A DNA stretch of 64,000 nt from Bigelowiella natans CCMP2755 (Eukaryota > Protista > Cercozoa): the NCBI GenBank assembly GCA_000320545.1, contig ADNK01001014.1:1-64000 (forward strand), read 5' to 3'. A program made the position numbers and the translations under genes. Below, one piece after another: positions 10,701 to 21,662 of the stretch (position 1 is its first letter; each line of letters starts with the position of its first letter). The notes beneath the pieces were generated by a model. That model had not been told where the DNA came from. It did not search any database and saw only the letters and a list, made by a program, of their open reading frames with translations.

Positions 10701-11990
10701 GTGAGTCTGTGTGTTTGAGTTTTGCATCGCATGCAATCAACATTCTTGCAGTGTTTCTTTCCTTGCTGTTGCTTTTCGTCATCTCACGCTACCTTTCATT
10801 GCTCCAGTCATCATTATCATCATCATTATTACCATCATTATCAATATCATCATCACTATCATTGCCATCATCCTTTTCATTATCATCATCCACAGTTCAA
10901 ACTCTGCTGGCGGCAAGGACACTAATGAGTCCCTCCTCCCTTCTTCGTCAATGTCCCCTGTTCATTTTGCTGTAAGAGGGGGAAGCATCAACAGCGTCCT
11001 ACTGCTAGTAGAATACAGTACGTGCCAATTAGAGCTGCCCAGTGCGAGATAATGATGATGATGATGATAATGATGATGATGATGATGATGATACATCCCC
11101 CCCCCCCCCCTCCCCTTGCGTGTCCCTTTCTACTCCCTCTCTTTTCCAATATTTCACTTCCCTGATATTTTAAGAGGCCAATCTGGAAGATAGCGGCGAA
11201 ATTTTGGATGGCAATACACCGTTAGGTCGATACCCTATCAAGAGGCGAAGAACAGAGAGTTTGTGGGGAAGGGGAGGGGGGGGGGTGGGGGGAGGGAGAG
11301 AGAAATAAAGAGAAATAGGGGGAAATGAAATAATCCGATGACCATTCAACGAATACTTGCCTCATCCTTGTCTCTTCTTTCTCTTTAAAAGAGCATTATG
11401 AGCATGAGCGTTTGTGGATTTGTCTATATTGCTTGCAGGCTATGCTTCGAGAATCGGGAAAATGAAACTCGTAAAGGTGCTGCTGCAATGTAAGGCGGAT
11501 CCCAACGCTGCGACAAAAACCGCTCGCCACACTGGAATGAAACCCCTGCACTTCGCTGCCCTTGGCAACCATCCAGATGTGATGAGGCTTCTTATTGAGC
11601 ATGGTGAATGCTAGTACAGAAACAAAACCGTCTTTAACATAACCGCACTACGACGAATGTTGAGCCTACTATTGACTAAAAACGCTTACGTAAAGATCTC
11701 TGAAGTGAAAAATATTTTGCGCTTTTGAGCAAACTAATGGTTAGGTGCTGGAGTATCTCTAGTTTATAGCACAACCTCTTCCTACGCTATTTTGCCCCTG
11801 CCTCAATCTCTTCCTTCTCATTATCGAAACTTTTCCCGACCGTGTGGTTTTGCTACTCGTAGGTGCGGATAGAACCGCCAAGGATGGAAATGGTAAGCAT
11901 GCTGTGGACTTCGCGATCGAGAGTGGGAGCTATGAAGCAACAAAAATCCTTGACCCTTCGCAGGTGTACGCCTCCTCTTGTAATGAATGA
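7939..11990 (+). CDS. Ankyrin-repeat protein, probably with an N-terminal membrane anchor
   Basis: Phase-consistent exons 8760-8810, 9043-9117, 9346-9413, 9632-9684, 9956-10020, 10481-10551, 10896-11017, 11175-11225, 11439-11603, 11863-11990 give ankyrin motifs GETCLMVAV, GTTALHMSA, SPVHFAVRGG, GNTPLGYAS, GMKPLHFAA and GADRTAKDGNGKHAVDFA. The 5' exons 7939-7968, 8084-8184 and 8311-8332 are less certain. Confidence 0.85.
8806..8966 (+). repeat. 54-bp tandem repeat, three copies
   Basis: Unit TCCATGTCTGTAATCTTTCGAAATCACTCGTTGTTAATGAAACATATTACACAA starts at 8806, 8860 and 8914; the third copy is slightly diverged. Confidence 0.95.
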
Positions 11991-12099
11991 CTAACAGTTG
12001 CATCAAGCAAGTAAGGTGGCGCATTGCATACGGCTTGTTGACAGACTGCAAATGTAAGATGATGGTTTTATGTACTGCCTTAGCCGTGCTTGAAAGCAG

Positions 12100-12560
12100 C
12101 CCCGGCTAGTCGGCGTGATTGCGTTGATGTCGTTAGCAGACGTTAAGCGCGTGCGCACATGGACCACATGCTATAGCTAGCATGTCATAGTGTCGTACAC
12201 GATCGGCGAGCGCAGCATGCTAGCATGCGACAGCGCGGCACAGATTATAATCACATCACGTACATGTGTGCTAGTAGGTATTAACTGCACTAGTGCGTTT
12301 AGATGTAGTAGGTGCATGGCAAAAAATGGCAGATCAGTATATCGTTCATACATTATATGGTAGTATGTTAGATGTACTTAGTGATGTGACTGCGAGCGCT
12401 GCACAGCTATATGACAAGCTAGTGTGTAGGGCTAACAACATACAGTTTACTAGTGATAGAGCGTTTATCGTTTGCACACTTAAGATCATACGCTAGGGGA
12501 TGATAAGACTGCTAGCTAACTAGACTGCGTCACACGTACCACGCAAATTTTAATATTAAA
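12100..12560. other. Representative intergenic block rich in CTAG/CATG/TGCA palindromes and purine-pyrimidine alternation (similar blocks behind most gene 3' ends)
   Basis: 10 CTAG counted by eye in about 430 bp (about 1.7 expected at uniform composition). Similar blocks occur at about 3750-4260, 6150-6700, 15490-16070, 21840-22260, 31250-31950, 37500-37900, 45500-46100 and 48850-49400. Confidence 0.7.
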
Positions 12561-12700
12561 AAAATGTTGCATATGCATATTAGAACGCTTTTACAATATT
12601 GTCTGTCTAGCTGGAAAAAAGAGCATGGAGTTCTGCTATCAATAGAATGTGCACGCAGACTACACACATCCATATGTATAGCACCGTGGCGAGAGCCAAC

Positions 12701-12740
<40 letters not shown>

Positions 12741-12902
12741 AATTTGCATGGTGCAACGCGCAGGCAGCACGTATATGATTGAATATGACATTGAATTGCT
12801 AGCTACCAGTTCCATTTTCAAGCAGGAGTTTGCGTTGAACTGTGTGCATTACGTCCCTACTCTTCGTATTCCTTTCTGGTTCGATTGTCACCAGTTGTAC
12901 GC

Positions 12903-14179
12903 CTAAGCAATCTCCTTCGCTTCAACCCTCTTCCCCTCGGCAGTATTCTCGTCCCTGTGTAAACACACGCACGCACACACACACACACACACACACACAT
13001 ACGTATGCCCTCACTCACTTAAAGACTAACTTATCTCTTCCTCCATGCATAAATAAATGGTACATGTTGCTTGCTTGAAGCCACAGCAGCAGCAGCAGCA
13101 GCAACAGCAGATAGAGGTGATAAGAAATCTCCTTCATCATCGTGTCTCTGCACATCTGGTTACCTTTCTTCGTCATTGTGCTTCACATCTTTGGCTGCAG
13201 AAGCTGCACTCACCAGAAAGTCAGGGACCTCTTCTTGCTGCTCCTCCTCCTCCTAAGACACAGTTGAGGTTCATCCAATGCTTCAGTTAGGAGAGGCTTA
13301 CCACGCACACGCACGCACACAGCAAAAACGTCTTCTGAGCTGATTTTCCAAAATGATTTTCGCCATTATTTTGTGCGGAATCGTAGTGCAACCACCATCC
13401 TCCTCCTCCTCCTCCTCCTCCTCCTCTCAAAGGGTTATTACTGCACACTCATATTACATATATTACTTCTTCAAACTCGTCCTCAAGAGTATCAAGCTCA
13501 TCCATGAGCTCATCATCGTCTAGTTCCTCGGGAACGCCATATGTTCTTCCCATGATCTCGTTGATTTCTTCCGTATCATCAAGAAGCTGGCAAAGGCAGG
13601 TGATGGGTGAAATCAAAACTCAACGATGAGAAACGACAGGAGAAATAGAAGGGGATTTTTGGTCAGTGAGAAGATGATGATAATGATGACGATAATAATT
13701 GATAAAGATGTTCAAAAGGATACCAGACCTCGTCCATATCGTCATGCAGGTCTTCTATTTCGTCGATGTTCGTGTCCTCCAGGCCAACCTACGCACACAG
13801 CGGAAAAAAAGAAGAGGATGATAATGGTGGTGATGATGAAAATATTCGACTTGTCCATTGCCAAAAAGCAGGCTACATGATACACGACATTTCATAAATT
13901 GCTCTCATATCAATATACGTCATTCGACTGCTACGTGTTCCTCCGTCTCTTATCGCTACCATACTACCTTCAATTCTGCTTTGGCGCTCTTCATCGCGCT
14001 GACCATTTCTTTCGTGTTTTTGATATTTTCTGTAGCAAACCGAGTCTGCTCCACGTTGAATTGCTGGTTCATGAGGTGGTCACGATTCTTCGCGTACATG
14101 TTACGCTGCCTTATCAGTTGCCGGGCTTTGTTCGACAGAGTTCTCCTGGTAGATTGTCACAGAGACGGTGGGTATTTGT

Positions 14180-14221
<42 letters not shown>

Positions 14222-14266
14222 GGGGAGAGGAGGGGGAGAGGAGAGAGAGGAGAACATATACAATTT

Positions 14267-14321
<55 letters not shown>

Positions 14322-14961
14322 TATATTTATGTATGTGTGTGTGTGTGTGTGTGTGTATACCTTGAGCTCGAGTTTGGCTTGGTTTTTTTAATTTTCAATT
14401 TTATAGCTCGAAGTTGCTGCATCATTCCAACACAAAGAAGTCAAAAGAAGAAAGGCTGAGGAATCATGGCTGCCCGTGGATCGGAAAAATGGAGCAACCG
14501 TAGCCATATTTTATCGCAACGCTGGAGCAAGGGCATCTTTTTCGTAAGAAAATGAAACAGAAGTAGAGTGGAGAGCACCTTTTCTATTTTGCTGATCTTC
14601 GTCTCAATCTCATCACCTCGTGTCTGAATAGTCAGTGTATGTGCTCTGCGTTATGGAATCCGCATCTCAATTACTTTCTGGGAGTCATGTCTAACCTCAA
14701 GACCCTTGGAGACGTCGCCAAGGTCAACCTTCGGGGTCTCTTCCTTCTTCTTTTTGCGCCCTGTATGAAGGAAGAAAAAGAAGCAGCAAACTTGAGTGAG
14801 CGATGAACAAGAGAGACAATGGGCGGAATTGATGCTGCTCAGATCAAGTTGTAACCAGATTTCATAATTTATCAACAGCTCGCTCTCTTTCCAACCCCGC
14901 TTGCTGCACTCCCCTCACCCCACCCCCGATTCTAGTGTTGAGCACCAAAAAATCGATGCAT
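12903..14961 (-). CDS. CHMP5: ESCRT-III subunit CHMP5/Vps60 (Snf7 family)
   Basis: Spliced protein MHRFFG|RKKKKEETPKVDLGDVSKGLE|TRGDEIETKISKIEK|QLRAIKLKIKK..|RTLSNKARQLIRQRNMYAKNRDHLMNQQFNVEQ...|NIDEIEDLHDDMDE|LLDDTEEINEIMGRTYGVPEELDDDELMDELD matches CHMP5 hallmark motifs (QQSFNMEQ, SRSYGTPELDEDDLEAELD). Confidence 0.92.
14173..14357. repeat. Representative compound intronic microsatellite (GA)n/(TA)n/(GT)n; many similar arrays occur in introns across the window
   Basis: Directly visible dinucleotide and trinucleotide arrays. These generate the spurious RERE, YIYI, VCVC, THTH and poly-S/M/H ORFs in the ORF track. Confidence 0.95.
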
Positions 14962-15589
14962 CGGCTTCTGAGAAAATGAGTTTTCAGACCAATGATCGTC
15001 CATGCTGATGGACAGAATTACGAAATGTAAGCTAATTTGTTGGTACTCCTCGTCCAATAAGGAAAATAATGATCAAACGCAAAGCGTTTAAGAGGAGCTT
15101 CCATCACATCGTACAAGATGTTTTCCGAAAAAAAAACTAGTGCTATATTTGCACTCAAAAGGTTCTTGCGACAACTCAACATTGTTGTCGCATAAAAGTA
15201 TTTCTATACAAATCCCTAGATTTTTATCATGCGACTATATTATATCAAAGACGTAGTGCTGAAAATTGATGGAGCTTTCTTCTCTTTCATCCGAGCCGCC
15301 TTCTCCTAGCGTCCAAAGTGTCCCATGATCCTTTCAACCGCTCCAACGGAATCACTTTGTTCATTCATTCATCTGTCATCATTGTCTGTTTCAACGTATT
15401 GCCTTCATTCCATTCGCTCCAACTGCACAGATGCGAATGAGCACATTGCCGGCGTTAGGTTCTTTTGTCATTTCGAAGATCCAATCCAGCACGCTAGCAC
15501 GTGCGAATCAAATTTGAGTGCATCTGCTGCAGTGTTCCTGAGGACAAGAGGAGGTGCTCATCGCGAAAATGAAAAGTCGTGACTTGGAC

Positions 15590-15790
15590 TTGTGATGATG
15601 CAGTGGCCGTCGAATGAATGCATTCATCACTTGCCATGCTTGTGATCTTGCGGCGCAGCGGCCGCGTCGAATGAATGTGCACATCACTTGCTAGCTTGCC
15701 ATCTAGCCTGTCAAGCCATGCTGTGATGCAGAAGCAGTCGTCGAATGAATGTGCTGTGTGTTCATCCCTTGCCATGCTGTGATGAAAGCG
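15590..15790 (+). repeat. Degenerate tandem repeat, about three units
   Basis: GTCGAATGAATG occurs at 15609, 15666 and 15740, each followed by a (T)TGCCATGC(T)TGTGAT-like segment. Confidence 0.7.
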
Positions 15791-16073
15791 GCGATCTGGA
15801 TCACGTGTGTCATCATGTGCTCTGTCGTAGTGTTGTGAGAGGCAGCCTAGCAGCCATGCTTCCATCCCAACAGCTGATGTTGGATGCACACTGCGTGGAC
15901 CATGTGCAATCTCTAGCGTGCTAGATCTAGTGCAATGTGAGCCAACGTCAGCCACTCAAAGCAAACATGCAAGCAGACAGCGGCGTGGGGATAGCTAGAT
16001 AGGCTGGTGGGCGTGGCGACGAGGGTGCCGAGACAAGTGATTGCATGTCATGTTTCGCTTCTAGCTGTGATGA

Positions 16074-17205
16074 TCACGTCATGACTGTCATTGCTGTCCA
16101 CATCATGCATTTTCGCCGAATATTCTGTCGCATTTCACTGTCGAAGCTATGGACGTGGCTTTTACGACTACGATCGTTCGCATCGTTGGTGGTGGCGTCG
16201 TGTTCTCTCATCTTGAAGCCGCTCTCCCTTCTGCCCCCTTTTTTCGTGCACTCTACACGGCCAAACGATGGATGAAGGGGTTGGTCCCAGCGCTCCACAT
16301 GCAATATACCCCCTTCTTTGTTTATCATGCAAAAAGGCTTCCCTGAAAGAAGCGACGGGTATGATGCTGAAGACGAGGACGCTGTTGCACTTTTCTGTGG
16401 ACCTTGGTGGTAGTTTTCGCTTCCATGGCCGCTACCATCATCGTCATCAATAGCATTGATATTGTCGCCCTCATCTTCATTAATGGCATTGTCCGTTTTT
16501 CTCGCAAAAATGATCTTCCACTTCGCGCTTGGACATTCATCAGGCACGTTTTCCATTGCCAATACGCCACCACCACCACCACCACACTTGGCAGTAAGTC
16601 GAGTGTGAGGGTACCTGGATGCAGAAGCAGAACAGGAGAGATGAAATGGGAGAATTAGGAGCAATATTGCGGTACTGGAAACAAAGAAACATCGTGGAGA
16701 AAGAAACAGAAGAAAAAGAGAAGAGGCAAAAATAAGACTATCCTTTGTCCCCCCTTCTTCCGCATGTATCAATTAAGTTTGTTGAATTACAAATGGCAAC
16801 GAGGGGCTACGCAATCATAGTACCATCGGTTTACGATGTGCTTCCATTCGCCGTCTCCACTGTCAACGAATGCCCACTCCGTTGCTTTTTGGTCGGAGCA
16901 TTCGCGAAGAGGCCCGAAACGCACGCAATGAGCACTTATGTGACGCTGCTTTTCTAAGGGCTGCTGCTAGCACATAAACACAGACATAAACACACACACA
17001 CACACACTCACTCACTCACCCGGGATGAATGTAAAAAAAACTGAAAATAAATACATTTAATTACACTTTTACTGTGTATTACACACAATCTCACCACACA
17101 CACAGCATTGCCTACATGCGACATCCACACGCACTCGTACACATGCATTAACATTCGCTGTTCTAATGATGTGAAATATTGGTGTTGTAGTGGCACAATT
17201 ATTTG

Positions 17206-17246
<41 letters not shown>

Positions 17247-17733
17247 CACAAAGCAGTAGCTCCGCATGATATTCAAGAGTAGCTGCCAAACAACCGAAGG
17301 GGCAACCTGCTGAGACATTATCTTCGCAGGTCCATCAATATGCAGCCCATACGGTTCCTTCTTGTCTTCCACCTTCTGCTTCTTGCCATCATTCTTCTTC
17401 TCTTTTCTCGTCATCGTTCCCCCATCCTCCCTTTGCACGTTATATGCGGTTCGAAGCTGCAAATAGCTTCTGTGACGTCGTCGGAAAGGCATCATCTGGG
17501 CGAACCTATTTGGAAGTTTTCCCTTGATACGCGCCATAAAATCACGCGCCTCACGGATACACGCCCCTCGTACACACGGAAGCCGAGCACTCCGGAGCAA
17601 GGCTGTCAGGAACTTTGCGTCGTTTTCAATGTCTAAGGGGAGGAGAGAGTTAACGTTGAGACGATAATAGAGGAAGCGATGAATGACCATTACATATTTT
17701 TTGGCTGTTGCTGCTGCTGCTGCTGCTGCTAAT

Positions 17734-17768
<35 letters not shown>

Positions 17769-18144
17769 TGTGGAGAATAATAAACTATACAACCACATGG
17801 AAATTTTAAACTTTCTTTCTTTCTTTCTTTCTTTCTCTTGGCCCACCCTCCATTTTTAGTCCCCTACCCCATCATCTTACTTCCTGCGCCTTCATCGCCG
17901 CCGTATGCTGGGAGGGGTCTCACTGTAGTTGCGTTGGGAAGCACAGATTTGAATAGCATAATCGATCGTGGCAGATGACCCAACCCAGATACGACAAATA
18001 CATGAAGATTCTTCAAACAATGCAGCGGTAAAGAGGATGACGATGATGACGAGGGGGGGGAGGAATCATGCCGAATCCTAGATGATATAGGAGTACGGGT
18101 GAGTGTATGCTGGTGCATTCCAATACATTATTTAAACACCTCGT

Positions 18145-18194
<50 letters not shown>

Positions 18195-18710
18195 GTGCAT
18201 CAACCGTAGCTTTCCATCGCCGTCATTGTCTTGCATAGGTGGCGCCATCGGCACGCAGCGACACAACCAGGCGTTCTCAACAGTGGTTCGCGAATTCGTT
18301 TCCATGTGAATCAACGATGCAGCGCGAGAGGGATCCAGACCAGCTTTTGCAAAACACAAAAGTAACCACATGTTGTTGTCGTTGTTGTTGCTGTTATTAT
18401 TGTTGTTGTTGTCGTCCTCAACATCCGCCATCATCTCCATAATTCGTGTCCACATTGTGTGCTAACATCCTTCCAACTATTATGCGGTACCCTGATCGAG
18501 TCGGAACCTGGCTCTTTTAGCCATTAATTTTGCTTCATCAAACGCTCCTGTAAATAGCAGCCTGGCTTGCTTTCCTTGCTGCATCAGTGACAGCAAAGCC
18601 TCGATGCCTTCACGATTGACGTCAAAAAGAAAAATATCATATTGTGATACGAAAGAAAAGGAAATGGAGACAGCAACGACCTGCATCTGCTCTCCTTTCA
18701 AGCCGCGATC
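16074..18710 (-). CDS. YdcF-like (DUF218) domain protein with an uncharacterised C-terminal extension; 5' exons unresolved (probably extend to about 19300-19800)
   Basis: Exons give SRLERRADA|GIEALL...LLFTGAFDEAKLMAKRA...|AGLDPSRAASLIHMETNSRTTVENAWLC...|NLHVFVVSGLGHLPRSIMLFKSVLP. These match DUF218 motifs (LxxR; SGG...EAxxM; ExxSxxTxENA; VTSxxHxxRA). The 3' exon structure from 16074 to 17620 is tentative. Confidence 0.6.
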
Positions 18711-19868
18711 CTGCATATATGCTGCATTAATCATAAGGACAACCCCCACACGCTCCTCCTTTCCCACTAGCGTACAAGTGCTCATATAGTACACACACTT
18801 TTAACAGACGTATATTTTCTGTGTAATACGTGTGAGTGTGTGCGCACGCGCGTGTGTGTCATTAAAATAATCACATATTCTTAGATATAGCTGAATATAT
18901 ATAGTGTAACTAGCAGATAATTAAAAAGGGAGATAATACACGTATATAAAGATGTATAGGTGTAGGAGTTCGTGCACAAGCAAGTAAGAGATGTTTAGAA
19001 CCCACCAGCCATTTGGAAGCCGGGTCGCTCACTCGGCTTTCCGCATCCAAGAACAACGATCAAGTACAGTGATAGATTTATACGAGCAGCTTCTTTTACA
19101 CTAATCATAAAACATGCGTGCATCTAATTCGTGCATTCCACATCTTTTTGTGTGGTTTCGGGTGTGGCTTTACCTGCGACGGTCAGCGGTCGGTGATATT
19201 TCCTGCTGTGCCTTCCAAACGATGATGCAAAGGAGTATCATTTCCATACCAGTGCGGGTATTTTTGGTTCTCGGGAAGGGAGAAAAGGAGCTCTTACCCG
19301 CGTGTGTGCCGATCCTGAGTGGCCCATCTGTTTTCTTCTCGCGAATGTCGCTCAGACTTGCTGGAAGAGGCGTACGTTATAACATGCTGTTTGAGAAAAG
19401 GCACAAGCACATTGTCATATGCATCTCAGTCGAGATTCTACGAGGACGCACACCAGCAGCGGAGAGGTGAAATGAACGAATGCTCGTGCAGCGCAACGAT
19501 GCTCGTTTTGACCAAACGCGACTGGATCTGCTCGAAACTTGATTCACTGTGGAAATTTCTGGGCAATTCCCTGAACATGCACATGAGCCATTTCTCGCCT
19601 GCGACAGGCTCTTTGTATGTCTTCACAGCTCAATTCGCCGGCACTTCAAGACGTAGGTGCGCCTGCGGTTCCGAGGAGGAAAGAAAGAACCCGTTTGAAC
19701 ACAGGCGAATTTTGGGTGTTGAGGGCTTGGTGAGGTTGTCGCAGGTGGGAAATGATAACTGCTCGGCTGAAGGTCTTATCAGAAGCATGAGTCGTCGCAA
19801 GACCGAGGTGAGGAGAATTCACACAATCCAAAACGAACAGAGAGACGAGAATACAAGTAGACGAGATC

Positions 19869-21662
19869 ATGGCATTTGCGTTCGCGAGCAATCAGGGCGT
19901 AATGAATCAGTTCGGTGACCACAACGGCGGTGGCCACAACAACTGCAACAACAACAGCAACCCGTTCGGTTCCTGGAATAATGGCAATCCCAGCTTTTCA
20001 TCGGGAAACGGGTTTCCGAAGAGCAGTTTCGACGAGGCAGACCCTTTCAGAAATTCCTGGAATGATGACAACACAAGCTTTACTACAACAAGAAGTCAGT
20101 TCGAGAAGAACGGATTTGAGACAAAAAATTCATGGAATGATAACAGCTCTACATTCGGAAATACGCTTGGCAGCGGTTTTGGGGCCGAAACCTTTTCTGT
20201 GAACAACTCATTTACGAGTCAACAGCCCCAAAACAAGACCAAATCTCCCTGGGATAATAATGGCGCGAGCTTAAACTCATTTACGAACCAACAGCCCCAA
20301 AACAAGACCAAATCTCCCTGGGATAATAATGGCGCGAGCTTTAGCAAAGCGTCTTTTACGGATAATGCATTTTCAAACCAGCAGTCAGAAATTGCGACTA
20401 CGTTTGATTTTAATTCCAACCAAGATGGCTTCAACAATGGCTTTAACAACAGCTTCAATAATGGCTTCAACAATTTCGCTAGCAAAGAAACTAAGAGCAA
20501 TGACAAAAAAGATACAAATGAATGGCAATGGAACCAGTCATCACCCTTTCAAAACAGCAGCAGTAGCAACCAGACCTCTCAGGGCAACGCTCAGAGCAGC
20601 TTTCATACAAAGGAAGATGACAAGCAATTCACGTTTGCTGCAGATCAGCCCGCTAGCAATAAGTCATCTTGGTCTTGGGGATCAGATTTCAAACTCGATT
20701 CGACGGACCTCAACGCTGATCCGAAAACCAGAAATGATCCGCTTGTGAATTGGGCAAGTTTTCCTGAGAAGAGTGATGCAGACGCAGGTAAAGAGTCGTC
20801 TTTCGATTGGCCATCGTCGAAACAGGATCACAAGCATGGCACTCAAGATCATAAGCATAGTTCTTCTTCACAAGCTACATTCAAATCTAATTCTCAAGCC
20901 CCGACAATGGATAACCTGGAAAGAGGAAAAGAAACCGAAGACCCAATAGTTTCCATGAATTTCATTCCTGCACTTAAGGAGCCCGTAAAACCGGTTCGTA
21001 AGATAAAGCCTCTTCCCCCTCTTCGTCCCAAGAAGACGTTCTGCTGGAAGAATCCAAGAAGTTTTGCACGTCGAAAATTATATGATTCCTTCTCCGAAGG
21101 GATTGAAAATAGTGGAAGAGCGTGTCAATTGAACATGCTTCAGTTGATGGCGACAAGACCAAGAGCATTATCAGCTGAAGATCTCATGGACGACCTCCTT
21201 ACCGAAGAAACTTTGGACAGCTATGACAGTACTGATGAAAGTGAGAATGAAGAGGAAGAGGATCCTATTGCGTTGGATCCCAAGTGGAACATTCATGCCG
21301 ATGGACGGAGGGTGGATCCCGCTCATACGAAACTTCCGTGCACGTTTAGTAACCTATGCGTGCTCCATCCTGAATTTGGCAGTGTTGAATGGCTTGTCCC
21401 TGTCACTTTGTGCTCTTGGAACGACATCAAAAAGAATGTGCACTTCGGTAAAGGCAGAGTCATTCTTTATCCGAATCGGGAAACGGTTCCAGATGTGGGG
21501 AAAGGATTGAATGTCCATGCCCGCATGTCAGTCTTCAATGTCTCCTCCAAAAACAAACTACGCATGGAGAAGAAGCTTCGTAAGGTGTGCGCAGATGTCG
21601 GGGCTAAGTTTGTTGAGTACACCGAGAACGGAGTGTGGATCATGGAAGTAAATTCCAGCTGA
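19869..21662 (+). CDS. Nup98/Nup100/Nup116-like nucleoporin: F/W-N-rich disordered N-terminus plus C-terminal autoproteolysis-type (peptidase S59) domain lacking HFS; intronless
   Basis: 597-aa ORF. The C-terminus FGSVEW...VILYPNRETVPDVGKGLNVHARMSV...GAKFVEYTENGVWIMEV matches the Nup98 APD pattern VYP...P.VG.GLN.PA.ITL...G.W.F.V. Confidence 0.8.
   Translation: MAFAFASNQGVMNQFGDHNGGGHNNCNNNSNPFGSWNNGNPSFSSGNGFPKSSFDEADPFRNSWNDDNTSFTTTRSQFEKNGFETKNSWNDNSSTFGNTLGSGFGAETFSVNNSFTSQQPQNKTKSPWDNNGASLNSFTNQQPQNKTKSPWDNNGASFSKASFTDNAFSNQQSEIATTFDFNSNQDGFNNGFNNSFNNGFNNFASKETKSNDKKDTNEWQWNQSSPFQNSSSSNQTSQGNAQSSFHTKEDDKQFTFAADQPASNKSSWSWGSDFKLDSTDLNADPKTRNDPLVNWASFPEKSDADAGKESSFDWPSSKQDHKHGTQDHKHSSSSQATFKSNSQAPTMDNLERGKETEDPIVSMNFIPALKEPVKPVRKIKPLPPLRPKKTFCWKNPRSFARRKLYDSFSEGIENSGRACQLNMLQLMATRPRALSAEDLMDDLLTEETLDSYDSTDESENEEEEDPIALDPKWNIHADGRRVDPAHTKLPCTFSNLCVLHPEFGSVEWLVPVTLCSWNDIKKNVHFGKGRVILYPNRETVPDVGKGLNVHARMSVFNVSSKNKLRMEKKLRKVCADVGAKFVEYTENGVWIMEVNSS
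20205..20342 (+). repeat. 69-bp (23-codon) in-frame tandem duplication inside the Nup98-like ORF
   Basis: NSFT(S/N)QQPQNKTKSPWDNNGAS occurs twice; the DNA copies start at 20205 and 20274. Confidence 0.95.

Noticed and set aside
13858-14459. Plus-strand ORFs of 177-186 aa, and similar RERE/YIYI/VCVC/poly-S ORFs across the window
   Set aside because: They are antisense to CHMP5 exons plus microsatellite read-through. Simple repeats lack stops and inflate ORF length.
14992-15310. Possible small spliced plus-strand gene (MIVHADGQNYEM|KIMIKRK...)
   Set aside because: Its ATG would be only 31 nt from the CHMP5 ATG and it has no recognisable motif. A TTTTCTCAG acceptor just before the CHMP5 ATG suggests this region is CHMP5 5'UTR or intron.
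19319-19918. 199-aa plus-strand ORF upstream of the Nup98-like gene
   Set aside because: It has no motifs, overlaps the Nup98-like start in another frame, and is probably antisense to unresolved 5' exons of the DUF218 gene.
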